A DNA stretch of 64,000 bases from Ruminococcaceae bacterium UBA4871. Its GTDB lineage: Bacteria > Bacillota > Clostridia > Oscillospirales > Acutalibacteraceae. A program made the position numbers and the translations under genes. The notes under the pieces are model-generated. The model ran no database searches and was not told where the DNA came from. It saw only the letters and a program-made list of their open reading frames with translations. Shown in pieces: positions 1-9,100 of the stretch (positions are counted from its first letter, which is position 1; every line of letters starts with the position of its first letter). The stretch covers positions 11,632 to 75,631 of the forward strand of contig DHDR01000027.1 in the NCBI GenBank assembly GCA_002399445.1, given 5' to 3'.

Positions 1-1000
1 CAGGTTCCACACGGCCTTTCACTTTTACCGTATCCAGCCCTTTTTGTATATTCTCAAGCGTTATATCAAACTGCTGACACACCGCCACTGCGCCCAGTGC
101 ATTATAGACATTAAATTTACCGGGAATATCAATGCAGACATGTCCCTGCAAACTGCCGCACAAGTCAAATTCAATTCCCAGATAGCCCGGCTTTGAAATC
201 AGGCGGTCATTCTCTGCACGGAGCTGTGCAGTTTCTCCAAAGCCATAGGTTGTCAGAGAACAAGTGTGCTCAGCGGTAATCCCCTTCCAGTTTGCATCAT
301 CCGTATTGATAACACCCAGCCTGCATTTACGGAACAGCAGTGCCTTGCAGGCCATATATTCCCGCATATCCTTATGCTCGTTCCCGCCGAGATGGTCCTC
401 GCTGAAATTAGTAAACAGACCGATGTCAAATGTAAATCCATCCACACGGTGATCCCGCAAACCGATGGAACTTGCCTCCAGTACACAAACTTTACAGCCG
501 GCCTCCACCATCATGTGCATGAATTTTTGAATGTCATAAGATTCCGGTGTGGTATTGCTTGTTGGAATCAGTTGTCTGCCAATTACTGTACCAATGGTTC
601 CAATAATTCCCGTAGAAATTCCAGCCGATTCTAAAATAGAATGAATCATATAAGTGCAGGTGGTTTTTCCCTTTGTTCCGGTCACCCCAATAACTTTCAT
701 CTTTTGGGCCGGATGGCCAAACCACGCAGCAGACAGAAACGCCAGCGCCTCACGGGTATCTTTCACCCTGATTTCTGTACAGGGGACCGGCGGAATGTCA
801 TGCTGTGTCACAATCGCAGCCGCACCGGCCTTTGCTGCCTGTTCTGCGAAAACATGGCTATCCGTCTTGCTGCCAACCAGACAAACGAAAACGCTTCCCG
901 GCTTCACTTTTCGGGAATCGTAAACAATGCCGGAAACGGAGGCAGCCGTACTGCCGGTTACACGGCACGGCATATCTTCCAGCAATTCTAAAATGGTCAT
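1..1000 (-). CDS. murE: Mur ligase MurE (UDP-MurNAc-L-Ala-D-Glu:diamino-acid ligase), N-terminal ~333 codons; the 3' end lies beyond the window edge
   Basis: Absent from the ORF track because it runs off the window. My own translation of the minus strand from ATG 1000-998 reads MTILELLEDMPCRVTGSTAASVSGIVYDSRKVKPGSVFVCLVGSKTDSHVF...KVIGVTGTKGKTTCTYMI...NTTPES...FTNFSEDHL with no stop down to base 1. It has the Mur-ligase P-loop GVTGTKGKTT and a MurE-type N-terminal domain. Confidence 0.8.
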   Translation of the reverse strand, partial: MTILELLEDMPCRVTGSTAASVSGIVYDSRKVKPGSVFVCLVGSKTDSHVFAEQAAKAGAAAIVTQHDIPPVPCTEIRVKDTREALAFLSAAWFGHPAQKMKVIGVTGTKGKTTCTYMIHSILESAGISTGIIGTIGTVIGRQLIPTSNTTPESYDIQKFMHMMVEAGCKVCVLEASSIGLRDHRVDGFTFDIGLFTNFSEDHLGGNEHKDMREYMACKALLFRKCRLGVINTDDANWKGITAEHTCSLTTYGFGETAQLRAENDRLISKPGYLGIEFDLCGSLQGHVCIDIPGKFNVYNALGAVAVCQQFDITLENIQKGLDTVKVKGRVEP

Positions 1001-1023
1001 TCAATCAGCACCTCAATTGTCAA

Positions 1024-2235
1024 TTAAACATGCGCAGATGATGCTCCATCAATCAGCGCATAAAGTTTCTGAATTTCACTTTCATTGGAATAATCATGCC
1101 GGGCAAGTTCCTGCTCCAATGAAACACGCAGATTCCCATCTTGCAGCAGACGCTCCAGACCGTTGGCAACACCTTGGGAAGTCATGGGAACAATCAAGCC
1201 CGTTTTCCCATCTGTAATCTGGTCTTTTGCAGTAGAAAAATCCGTCAGCAAAATGGGCCGGCACAGGGCCATTGCTTCATCAACCGCAATACTTTTCCCC
1301 TCAAACCGAGACGGCTGCATATAAATGTCACAAGCTGATACAAACGGATATGGATTCCCCTGTTCACCCAAAAAGCATACATCTTTCTGCAGACCAAATT
1401 CCTGTATCCGCGCCTGCAGTGTCTCTTTTTCAGGACCGATTCCAATAATATACCAGCGAAAGTCAAGTCCTTTTTTCCGCAGCGCATAAACTGCCGGCAG
1501 TGCAATATCCAGCCCTTTCTGGTGAGAAAGGCGGGCAATTGTCAGCACGCGCAGGCCATGATAGTCTGGATCTGGAAAGTTTGCCGGTTCTTCTGCCATT
1601 TTGCGCAGAAATTGCGGAGAAAGCAGATTATACTGCACGTGGAACTTCTCCGCAAACTGCGGAAAATTCCGAACCAATGCATCACGGCAGGCTTCCGAAA
1701 CCGTGCAGACCGCATCGAGTTTTGCAAAGTATGCCTCATCAAATGTCCGGTCTAACCCCATTGCTGTATAATCACCATGAATAAACCCAATTTTACGCTT
1801 AGCCAGGACATCATCCACACCGTAATAAATGGGCTGACCTTCCATGTAGGCAACAGCGGCGTCATAGGGTATTCCATTTTTGTGTACAAAATTCCGCTCA
1901 ACTTTCCACATTTTGACCAGCCGCTCCCCCATTGTACCACGCAGACCAGCGAAGGTCACACCAGTCCGACAAAGCGCAGTCAGCGGGTGCCTGCTTTTCA
2001 GCAGAGCCGGCAATGCCTGACGAATATTCAATTTATACTCTTTTGGAAACAGCGGCGGCAGCAAATGCACCTGCTGCGGTACACGTTGCAGGAACAAGCC
2101 GTCATTTGCAAAAAGCTGCAAGTCCACATCATATTTCTGATAATCAAACAGAGACAGAAGCGTGACAAGACTTTTTTCAATACCGCCGCTGTGCAAACTG
2201 TAATTGATAAAAAGGATTTTCTTTTTCGGCATCAT
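1024..2235 (-). CDS. glycosyltransferase, GT-B fold (family 4-like)
   Basis: 403-aa ORF. N-terminus KKILFINYSLHSGGIEKSL and C-terminal PSRFEGKSIAVDEAMA (EX7E-type motif) are typical of GT4 enzymes. Confidence 0.8.
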   Translation of the reverse strand: MMPKKKILFINYSLHSGGIEKSLVTLLSLFDYQKYDVDLQLFANDGLFLQRVPQQVHLLPPLFPKEYKLNIRQALPALLKSRHPLTALCRTGVTFAGLRGTMGERLVKMWKVERNFVHKNGIPYDAAVAYMEGQPIYYGVDDVLAKRKIGFIHGDYTAMGLDRTFDEAYFAKLDAVCTVSEACRDALVRNFPQFAEKFHVQYNLLSPQFLRKMAEEPANFPDPDYHGLRVLTIARLSHQKGLDIALPAVYALRKKGLDFRWYIIGIGPEKETLQARIQEFGLQKDVCFLGEQGNPYPFVSACDIYMQPSRFEGKSIAVDEAMALCRPILLTDFSTAKDQITDGKTGLIVPMTSQGVANGLERLLQDGNLRVSLEQELARHDYSNESEIQKLYALIDGASSAHV

Positions 2236-2241
2236 GATCTC

Positions 2242-3324
2242 CTATTGGTCCTTCGCATTTTTCTGCAGCCTCTTGGCATACCAGTTATAGAAAAGATAAA
2301 CAAGCTCCGCCGATCCGGAACCAATAATCCAGCGAATGATTTTATCGGCTGCAGTGCCATTTTTCAGATACTGGCTTTGCGCCGCATGCTGAAGAAGCGG
2401 AATATTTAAGATCTCTCGGATTTCCTTCTTCTTCCCATTTTTATCTTTTACATTTCCGGCACTGAAAACATTGACAAAAGCACTGTGTCCGGCACTGCGG
2501 AGATACCACGCCAGATGCCGCTGTTCCATATCCGTATAAAGGTTCTGCTCTTTGAGAAATTCCGCGACCGAGTAAAAGCAGGCATCCAATTTTTTCATTT
2601 TATTGGCTCGATAGCGTGTACTCAGAGAATTTCCATTATAACGGTAATGATAGGCTGGTGTATCTAAAAATAAGGTTTTCTGTGAATAATAATGTGCCTG
2701 AATACTGACAGGCAAATCTTCCAGCATGACTTTTTCTTCATCAGGATAGGCCAGCTGGTGAGAAACGAACCATTCCCGGCGGTAAAGCCGCCGCCATGCA
2801 CTGCCAAGCATTTCCACCCGTCGCCACGGCGTATCGGTGCTGTCTGGTCCAATTAATTTTTCCAGTACTGTCTGGTTGATTTCCATATCTTCTGTCGGGC
2901 AGTGAATGGGCAGGCCGCAGAAACGGCTGGTACCGCTTGCTTCATTCTCCCTGACAAAATCAAAGACCGTCAAATCAGCACCTGCTGACTCTGTAGGCTC
3001 CATAATGGCCGATAGTGCATTCTCTCCCAGCCAATCATCCGCATCAACAAATAACAGGTAATCTCCCTGCGCGCGCTTAGCTCCAAAGTTGCGGGTATCT
3101 CCCAATCCGCCATGCGGTTTATCATAAACCGTAATCCGCTTATCCCGCCGCTCCAAAATGTGGGCAGCCTCAAGTGATTTATCCGTGGAAGCATCGTTAA
3201 TCAGTAAAAGTTCATAGTCCTGAAAGGATTGCGACAGGATACTTTCAACACAGGTTTTTAAATATTCCTCTGCATTATAGACGGGTACAAGAATGGATAG
3301 CTTCAAAATTACAGGCTCCTTCAT
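2242..3324 (-). CDS. glycosyltransferase family 2
   Basis: 360-aa ORF. LSILVPVYNAEEYLKTCVESILSQSFQDYELLLINDASTDKS plus DADD (DxD) is the classic GT2 N-terminal domain. Confidence 0.85.
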   Translation of the reverse strand: MKEPVILKLSILVPVYNAEEYLKTCVESILSQSFQDYELLLINDASTDKSLEAAHILERRDKRITVYDKPHGGLGDTRNFGAKRAQGDYLLFVDADDWLGENALSAIMEPTESAGADLTVFDFVRENEASGTSRFCGLPIHCPTEDMEINQTVLEKLIGPDSTDTPWRRVEMLGSAWRRLYRREWFVSHQLAYPDEEKVMLEDLPVSIQAHYYSQKTLFLDTPAYHYRYNGNSLSTRYRANKMKKLDACFYSVAEFLKEQNLYTDMEQRHLAWYLRSAGHSAFVNVFSAGNVKDKNGKKKEIREILNIPLLQHAAQSQYLKNGTAADKIIRWIIGSGSAELVYLFYNWYAKRLQKNAKDQ

Positions 3325-3532
3325 TTTTTGTTCCCATTCGGTATCAAAAATTTTTTTATCCGAATAGACCGCAGATGATTCTAATTTGTTTATTATACCA
3401 TTCCACGCCTGTCAATACAACGGAAAATTGTTGCTTATGGATTACATTCTTGTAAAACATTAAAAAGTATGCTATTCTTGATGCAGAAAATTGTATTTCT
3501 GTGCAGATCACTGGCATACAGGAGGAACATGG

Positions 3533-4792
3533 ATGAAAGACTGTCTTGTCATGCTGACAAAGGTATATCCATTTGACAAAGGCGAAGAATTTATAGAGGA
3601 CGAAATACCGGTGCTGGCGAAAGCTTTTAGTCAAATCGTCGTAATTGCAACCAGCACTGCAGACCATGCCGTACAAACTCGGATGGTCCCGCAAAATGTA
3701 ACGGTTTATGCAATTCGTGCCAGTGCAATCCGGCGCAAGTTGCCTGGTATGGCTGCCCGACTTGTATTTTCACATGATATGCATGGATTTGCCGGAAAAG
3801 ATGAAAAGAAAGCGGCCCGGGTCTCCTGCAAAGCACGGGTATTTTTGGATTATTTCATTGCGAAAAGTGAACTTGTTTTTGAGGAAAGCCGCCGTATTCT
3901 TCTCTCCCACCATTTAAAAGACTTCGATGGTGTTACTTTTTATGCGTACTGGTTTTATGACGTAGCAGTAGCAGCATGTCAGCTGAAAAAATACTGCACA
4001 GCTGGTTCCTGCAAAGCCATATGCCGGGCCCATGGCTATGATCTCTATCAGGAACGCCAACCCAGCGGTTACCTGCCGCTTCGGCCATTTTTGCTGAAAA
4101 ATCTGGATGCTGTCTATCCTTGCAGTGAAAGCGGAACGCAGTACATTTTAAAATACTGGCCGGGTTTTGAAAGCAAAGTGCACACTGCATATCTTGGTAC
4201 AAAAGATTTTGGAATCGGTCCACCGCCCAAAAATGATGCCTTTCACATTGTCAGCTGCTGTCACATTGTCCCATTGAAGCGTGTGAAATTACTGGCAGAG
4301 GCATTGGCCGTTCTGAAAGACAGTGGAATAAACCTGCAGTGGACACATATCGGCGGCGGTGATACATTAGAAGAACTGCGCGCTTTTGCAAAAGAAAATC
4401 TCAGTTTTATGGGAACAAACCTGCGCGGGGCAATGACCAATCCGGAAATCATGGAATTTTATCAACATACCCCTATTAATTTATTTGTCAATACAAGCAG
4501 CAGCGAGGGACTGCCTGTTTCGATTATGGAAGCTTTTTCTTTCGGTATTCCGGCCATTGCAACAGATGTCGGCGGCACTGGGGAATTGGTGCAGCAAGAG
4601 AAAACGGGGTGGCTTCTCCCCGCCGATTTGACTCCGGAGCAACTGGCAGCCGCTATCGTGAAAGCTGTTGAACAGCCGTTTCTACAAAAGCAAAAGATGC
4701 GAAGTGCCTGCCGCTCTTTGTGGGAACAGACCTTTGAAGCAAAGCAAAACTTTGAAAAATTTGCACAGGAAATCAAACCTCTGCATTCATGA
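3533..4792 (+). CDS. glycosyltransferase, GT-B fold (family 4-like)
   Basis: The ORF track starts at TTG 3491. I prefer the in-frame ATG at 3533, 7 nt after GGAGG (3521-3525). C-terminal VNTSSSEGLPVSIMEAFSFGIPAIATDVGGTGELV is a GT4 EX7E region. Confidence 0.8.
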   Translation: MKDCLVMLTKVYPFDKGEEFIEDEIPVLAKAFSQIVVIATSTADHAVQTRMVPQNVTVYAIRASAIRRKLPGMAARLVFSHDMHGFAGKDEKKAARVSCKARVFLDYFIAKSELVFEESRRILLSHHLKDFDGVTFYAYWFYDVAVAACQLKKYCTAGSCKAICRAHGYDLYQERQPSGYLPLRPFLLKNLDAVYPCSESGTQYILKYWPGFESKVHTAYLGTKDFGIGPPPKNDAFHIVSCCHIVPLKRVKLLAEALAVLKDSGINLQWTHIGGGDTLEELRAFAKENLSFMGTNLRGAMTNPEIMEFYQHTPINLFVNTSSSEGLPVSIMEAFSFGIPAIATDVGGTGELVQQEKTGWLLPADLTPEQLAAAIVKAVEQPFLQKQKMRSACRSLWEQTFEAKQNFEKFAQEIKPLHS

Positions 4793-4797
4793 AAAAG

Positions 4798-4855
4798 CAG
4801 GAACCGTAAAAAGCAACCATCACTTTCCCGTGGTGGCTGCTTTTTACGGTTCCTG
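4798..4855 (+). terminator. long near-perfect hairpin downstream of the glycosyltransferase gene, probable intrinsic terminator
   Basis: CAGGAACCGTAAAAAGCAACCATCAC-TTTCCC-GTGGTGGCTGCTTTTTACGGTTCCTG, followed by a T-rich stretch. Confidence 0.7.
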
Positions 4856-4904
4856 TTGGTATTTTCTGCAGGTGCAGGGCAATACTAACCCATGGTGATA
4901 GAAA

Positions 4905-5582
4905 ATGACGATTTCTTTTATTCGCACTTTGCTGCTATACATACTGATTATAGCAGCCGTCCGCCTGATGGGAAAACGGCAAATCAGCGAATTACAAACC
5001 AGCGAGTTGGTCGTAACACTGCTGATATCCGATATTGCTGCCATCCCGATGCAGGACAGCGGCCAGCCGCTCGTCAGCGGTATCCTGCCGATTGCTGTGC
5101 TGATTTTTTGTGAACTGTTTATTTCCTGGATAATGATGAAAAGCAGCCGGTTCCGAAAGGTGATATGCGGAAAACCTGTCATTGTCATTTTAGACGGCAA
5201 AATCCAGCAGCAGGAAATGCACAAGCTGCGCCTGACAACAGAAGATCTGTTTGAACAACTGCGGGAAAAAGATGTCTTTTCTATTAAAGATGTCGCTTAT
5301 GCAATTGTGGAAACAAACGGGCGCATCAGTATCATTAAGAAACCCGATCAGTCACAGCCAACAGCTGGCATGCTTGGTATTGAAGTACCGGATACCGGAA
5401 TTGAAGCAGTTGTCATAAGTGACGGCGTAATCAGTGCCTCTTCCCTGCAGCTCTGCGGAAAAAGCCGTCAATGGCTGGAAGAAACGCTCCGGCATCAAAA
5501 GATGCAGGTTTCCGATATTTTTATTATGACAGCCAACACAAAGGGAGATTTTCAAATCATTCCAAAGGAGGCCCACTCATGA
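4905..5582 (+). CDS. DUF421 (YetF-like) membrane protein
   Basis: 225 aa. N-terminal TM segments followed by GKRQISELQTSELVVTLLISDIAA, characteristic of the YetF/DUF421 family. Confidence 0.75.
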   Translation: MTISFIRTLLLYILIIAAVRLMGKRQISELQTSELVVTLLISDIAAIPMQDSGQPLVSGILPIAVLIFCELFISWIMMKSSRFRKVICGKPVIVILDGKIQQQEMHKLRLTTEDLFEQLREKDVFSIKDVAYAIVETNGRISIIKKPDQSQPTAGMLGIEVPDTGIEAVVISDGVISASSLQLCGKSRQWLEETLRHQKMQVSDIFIMTANTKGDFQIIPKEAHS

Positions 5583-5959
5583 AACGGATGGTAACCGCTT
5601 TTGCACTTCTTGTGGTTTCTGTGGTGCTTTGCATAGCAGGAAACCGAGTCACAACAAATCTCACCGGTAATCTGACACAGACACTTTCTGCTGCAGAGCA
5701 GGCAGCCTCCCGAAATGATCGTGCACAGGCCTATACCCTCAGCAAAAAAGCTTGCCAAGACTGGACCGACGCACATCAAGTGCTGTGCACGTTTCAGCCG
5801 CACAGCCGTTTGGAAACTATTGATCAGACACTGGCTACCCTGCCCGGGTTGGCAAAATGTGACAGTCTCTGGCAGTTTGCCAGCGAATGTGCACGCGGAA
5901 AAATTCTTGCTAAAAATCTTCAGGAAAGCGAACTTCCCTTACTGCAAAATATTTTGTAA
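5579..5959 (+). CDS. DUF4363-like small membrane-anchored protein
   Basis: ATG at 5579 overlaps the upstream stop (ATGA), with AAGGAG 8 nt upstream. It has one N-terminal TM helix. The DUF421/DUF4363 pairing is common in Firmicutes. The start was trimmed from the track ORF 5471..5959. Confidence 0.6.
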   Translation: MKRMVTAFALLVVSVVLCIAGNRVTTNLTGNLTQTLSAAEQAASRNDRAQAYTLSKKACQDWTDAHQVLCTFQPHSRLETIDQTLATLPGLAKCDSLWQFASECARGKILAKNLQESELPLLQNIL

Positions 5960-5997
5960 AAGGCTGAAAAAATTTATGAGATTACGCTCTGCAGAAA

Positions 5998-6483
5998 TCA
6001 TGACAAGTGCTTAGGATTATTCTGCTGCTGGCGTGCCTGAATAATTTCATTGAGTTCATCCATGAAAGTATTAATATCCTGAAACTGCCGGTAAACGGAC
6101 GCAAAGCGGACATAGGCAACTTCATCAATCACTTTCAGCTTATTCATTGCCAATTCCCCAATGTGAGAAGATTCCACCTCACGGTCAAGGGAATTCTGCA
6201 GGCTGGTTTCAATTTCATCTACTGCTCGTTCCAGCACAGAAAGAGAAACTGGACGCTTTTCACATGCACGCAGCAAACCTCGCAGTAACTTGTTGCGGTC
6301 AAATGCTTCTCTGGACTTATCTTTTTTAATAACAATGACGGGAACTGTCTCCACAACTTCATAGGTAGTAAACCGCTTGCCGCATTTCAGGCATTCCCTG
6401 CGGCGGCGGATTCGCTCCCCCTCATCTGTAGGCCTGGAATCAATAACTTTACTCTCCTCATGGCCGCAAAACGGACACTTCAT
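5998..6483 (-). CDS. nrdR: transcriptional repressor NrdR
   Basis: [42 protein letters not shown] (zinc ribbon) followed by an ATP-cone. Start set at ATG 6483, not the upstream alternative at 6513. Confidence 0.95.
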   Translation of the reverse strand: MKCPFCGHEESKVIDSRPTDEGERIRRRRECLKCGKRFTTYEVVETVPVIVIKKDKSREAFDRNKLLRGLLRACEKRPVSLSVLERAVDEIETSLQNSLDREVESSHIGELAMNKLKVIDEVAYVRFASVYRQFQDINTFMDELNEIIQARQQQNNPKHLS

Positions 6484-6571
6484 AGTCAGCACCTCATATA
6501 GTAAATTTGTCACTTCAAATCATATTCTGCTAACATTATACCATAATAGGAAAATACACCTGTAACTCTTT

Positions 6572-7387
6572 TCAGCTGCTGTGATCCGCAATGCGTGTAA
6601 ACTGCTGCTGCAGGTTTTCTGTTACCCTCTTCGCCTGCAGCAGTTCCTGCACGCTGCCGAAACTATGACGATAAACCTCAATCATACAGTCCCCATGGAA
6701 ATGCTGCTCTGCCAGCTGATGCATCAGGCGCCTATAATCCATTGCTCCGCTGCCAGGCAAAAGGCATGTTTTTCCCGCACAATTGTCATTAATATGCACA
6801 TGGATCAGCTGGTCCCCCATCGCCGCACAAGTTTCAAACGGGCTGTGTCCAGCACGCACCGACTGTTTGATATCCAAAACGAACGCACAGTCTTTATGCA
6901 GGTAGCTTCTCATATGTTCCAAAAACGTTGGGCTGCTGCTGCGGAATTTATTGACATTTTCCTGTGCAACTGTGATTCCGAAATGGCGTCCGGTTTCCAG
7001 AAGTCTGTGGTAATGTTCAAAATAATCACATTCTTCCATGTCTCCCTGCTTATCCATCCTTTGACCATGAAGGACAAGCAACGTGGCGCCAAGAATATTA
7101 GCCGCTTCAAAATAATGTTTATAAAATTCCAGTGTATCCTGAAAGCGGCGCTCATAGCCCGAAAACAGCAGAAAGCTTTCATATCCGGAAGTGAACGGAT
7201 GCACGCTCTTGGCAGTTGCCCCGTAATCCTGCAGCATCCGAGCGAGTTTTCTGACATAAACAGGCTCCAACTCACTAACCGTATTAAAAAAGAATTCAAA
7301 GTGCCGGAAACCAAGTGTCAGCAGCCTTTCCAGACTCTTTTCCAGCAAAGCGGGATATAGACACGCAGTAGAAATTCCAACTTTCAC
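6572..7387 (-). CDS. sugar phosphate isomerase/epimerase (xylose isomerase-like TIM barrel)
   Basis: 271 aa. The pattern GF..FEFF...LVLHG...HINDN is typical of the AP-endonuclease-2/xylose-isomerase-like TIM barrel family. Confidence 0.7.
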   Translation of the reverse strand: MKVGISTACLYPALLEKSLERLLTLGFRHFEFFFNTVSELEPVYVRKLARMLQDYGATAKSVHPFTSGYESFLLFSGYERRFQDTLEFYKHYFEAANILGATLLVLHGQRMDKQGDMEECDYFEHYHRLLETGRHFGITVAQENVNKFRSSSPTFLEHMRSYLHKDCAFVLDIKQSVRAGHSPFETCAAMGDQLIHVHINDNCAGKTCLLPGSGAMDYRRLMHQLAEQHFHGDCMIEVYRHSFGSVQELLQAKRVTENLQQQFTRIADHSS

Positions 7388-7414
7388 AGAACCGTCCCTC
7401 CCTAAATACAGACA

Positions 7415-8398
7415 TCATTTAGCCCAGAGAATATCGTGATTAATGGTCTGATAAAAAAGCCGATCAATCATGCGGGGATTTTTTGTCTGTGCAAGCACCC
7501 ACATCAGCTTGGTGACTGTAGACTCCAATGTCATATCATAAGTTTCTAACAGCCCAAGCCGTTCCTTAACCAAATGGCCGACTCGATAAATTGCCATGTC
7601 ACTTCCCTCGTGCGGAACCTGTGTGGCAACAACCACCACTTTTCCCGCATGAGAAATCTGTGCCAGCGCATCACTGTAAAGGTCCGGCACACCACCAACC
7701 CCGTAACTTTCAATAATCAGGCCGTCACAAAAATTCCCAACGGCAGTAAAGGTATCAACAGAAAGGCCGGGTGTCAGCTTCAGTACAGACACTTTTGTAT
7801 CCAACTGCCGGAAAAATTTCGGCCCGTGAGACGGCGGCGCCGGAATATAGCGGACAATAGTATCATCACGAATGACGGCAAGTTCCGGAAAGTTGATGCT
7901 GGAAAAAGCATTATAGCTTTTTGAGCGGCTTTTCCTCGCACGCGTTCCGGCAATCACTCGTCCGCCGAAAACAATGCAGACACCGCCGTCACCCTCACAT
8001 GCCCAGTGCAGGCTGTCTTTCAAATTTGTCTTGGCATCGGTAATATCCATGTCAATCGGCTTTTGAGAACCCGTAACAACAATCGGCTTATCCGGCTCCT
8101 GAATCAGATAAGAAAGCGCTGCTGCTGTATAGGCCATGGTATCTGTACCGTGACAAATGACAAAACCGTCATAAGACTGGTAATGCTCCTGCACAGTCCG
8201 TGCAATTAGAAGCCAATGCTGCGGCTGAATGTTGGTACTGTCCAGATTAAAGAGCTGTATGGTATCCACTTGGCAAAATCCCGCAGGCAGTGGAACATAG
8301 GAAAGCAAATCTTTTGGCGTCAGCTGCGGAGTTAGCCCGTCTTTCGTTTTTCGTGAAGCAATGGTACCTCCCGTGGCAAGCAGTAAAATTTTTTTCAT
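7415..8398 (-). CDS. ansA: type I L-asparaginase
   Basis: 327 aa. Has the N-terminal LLATGGTIASRKT motif and HGTDTMAYTAAALS. Confidence 0.9.
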   Translation of the reverse strand: MKKILLLATGGTIASRKTKDGLTPQLTPKDLLSYVPLPAGFCQVDTIQLFNLDSTNIQPQHWLLIARTVQEHYQSYDGFVICHGTDTMAYTAAALSYLIQEPDKPIVVTGSQKPIDMDITDAKTNLKDSLHWACEGDGGVCIVFGGRVIAGTRARKSRSKSYNAFSSINFPELAVIRDDTIVRYIPAPPSHGPKFFRQLDTKVSVLKLTPGLSVDTFTAVGNFCDGLIIESYGVGGVPDLYSDALAQISHAGKVVVVATQVPHEGSDMAIYRVGHLVKERLGLLETYDMTLESTVTKLMWVLAQTKNPRMIDRLFYQTINHDILWAK

Positions 8399-8566
8399 GA
8401 AAGGCCTCTAATGAAAATCATGTATAATTTGTAAAATTTATGAATTGTCCTGTACTGGAAAATGTCAGGAATATATCTAATTATTATATCACACAAGCTG
8501 CCTATCCGTCCAGTTTATCATCAGCAGTTCAGGGAATAATAAGTACAGCTAAAGGAGGTAGGTAGA

Positions 8567-9001
8567 ATGCAGGAGCAAAACACGAACATTCTTAATGAAA
8601 TTTATCAGGCCAGCAGTATGGGAATTGAAGCCACGGAAATGCTGCTGCCGAAAGTTCATAACGAGAAAATGCGCAAGCAGATTTGCAGTCAATGGCAGAA
8701 CTATGAACAAGAAGCCAGCAAAGCCGCCCAAATGCTGAAGAAAAAAGGTTCTCAGCCAGAAGTGAAGAGGCAGCCTGTAAAAAAAGCCATGCTCTGGGGC
8801 AGTGTCCAAATGAATATGCTGGCAGACAGTTCCACAAAACATCTGGCCGAAATGATGATTCAGGGAACGACAATGGGCATTATCAAAATGCAGAAGCAGC
8901 TAAATGGCCTTCCACAGGCTGACGGTGAATCCCGAACACTTGCGGAAGATTTTCTCAAGAAGGAACAGCAGAATATCGACCAGTTGAAGCAAATGCTGTA
9001 A
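8567..9001 (+). CDS. hypothetical helical protein
   Basis: 144 aa with AAAGGAGG upstream. Predicted all-helical, with no motif I recognise. Confidence 0.5.
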   Translation: MQEQNTNILNEIYQASSMGIEATEMLLPKVHNEKMRKQICSQWQNYEQEASKAAQMLKKKGSQPEVKRQPVKKAMLWGSVQMNMLADSSTKHLAEMMIQGTTMGIIKMQKQLNGLPQADGESRTLAEDFLKKEQQNIDQLKQML

Positions 9002-9002
9002 C

Positions 9003-9031
9003 TTGCTTTTAAACTTGAATTTCAGTATAAT
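9003..9031 (+). promoter_or_regulatory. sigma-A type promoter for the ABC-F gene
   Basis: TTGCTT (9003-9008), a 17-bp spacer, then TATAAT (9026-9031). Confidence 0.5.
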
Positions 9032-9100
9032 AGATGGGCCTGAGAAGGCCTTTACATAGTGAAATAGACAGGTATTATTTACATATTGGAGACGAATTTG

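Noticed and set aside
6581-7360. 259-aa ORF on the plus strand
   Set aside because: It is entirely antisense to the well-supported sugar-phosphate isomerase gene. It has no RBS, a low-complexity composition, and looks like a typical shadow ORF.
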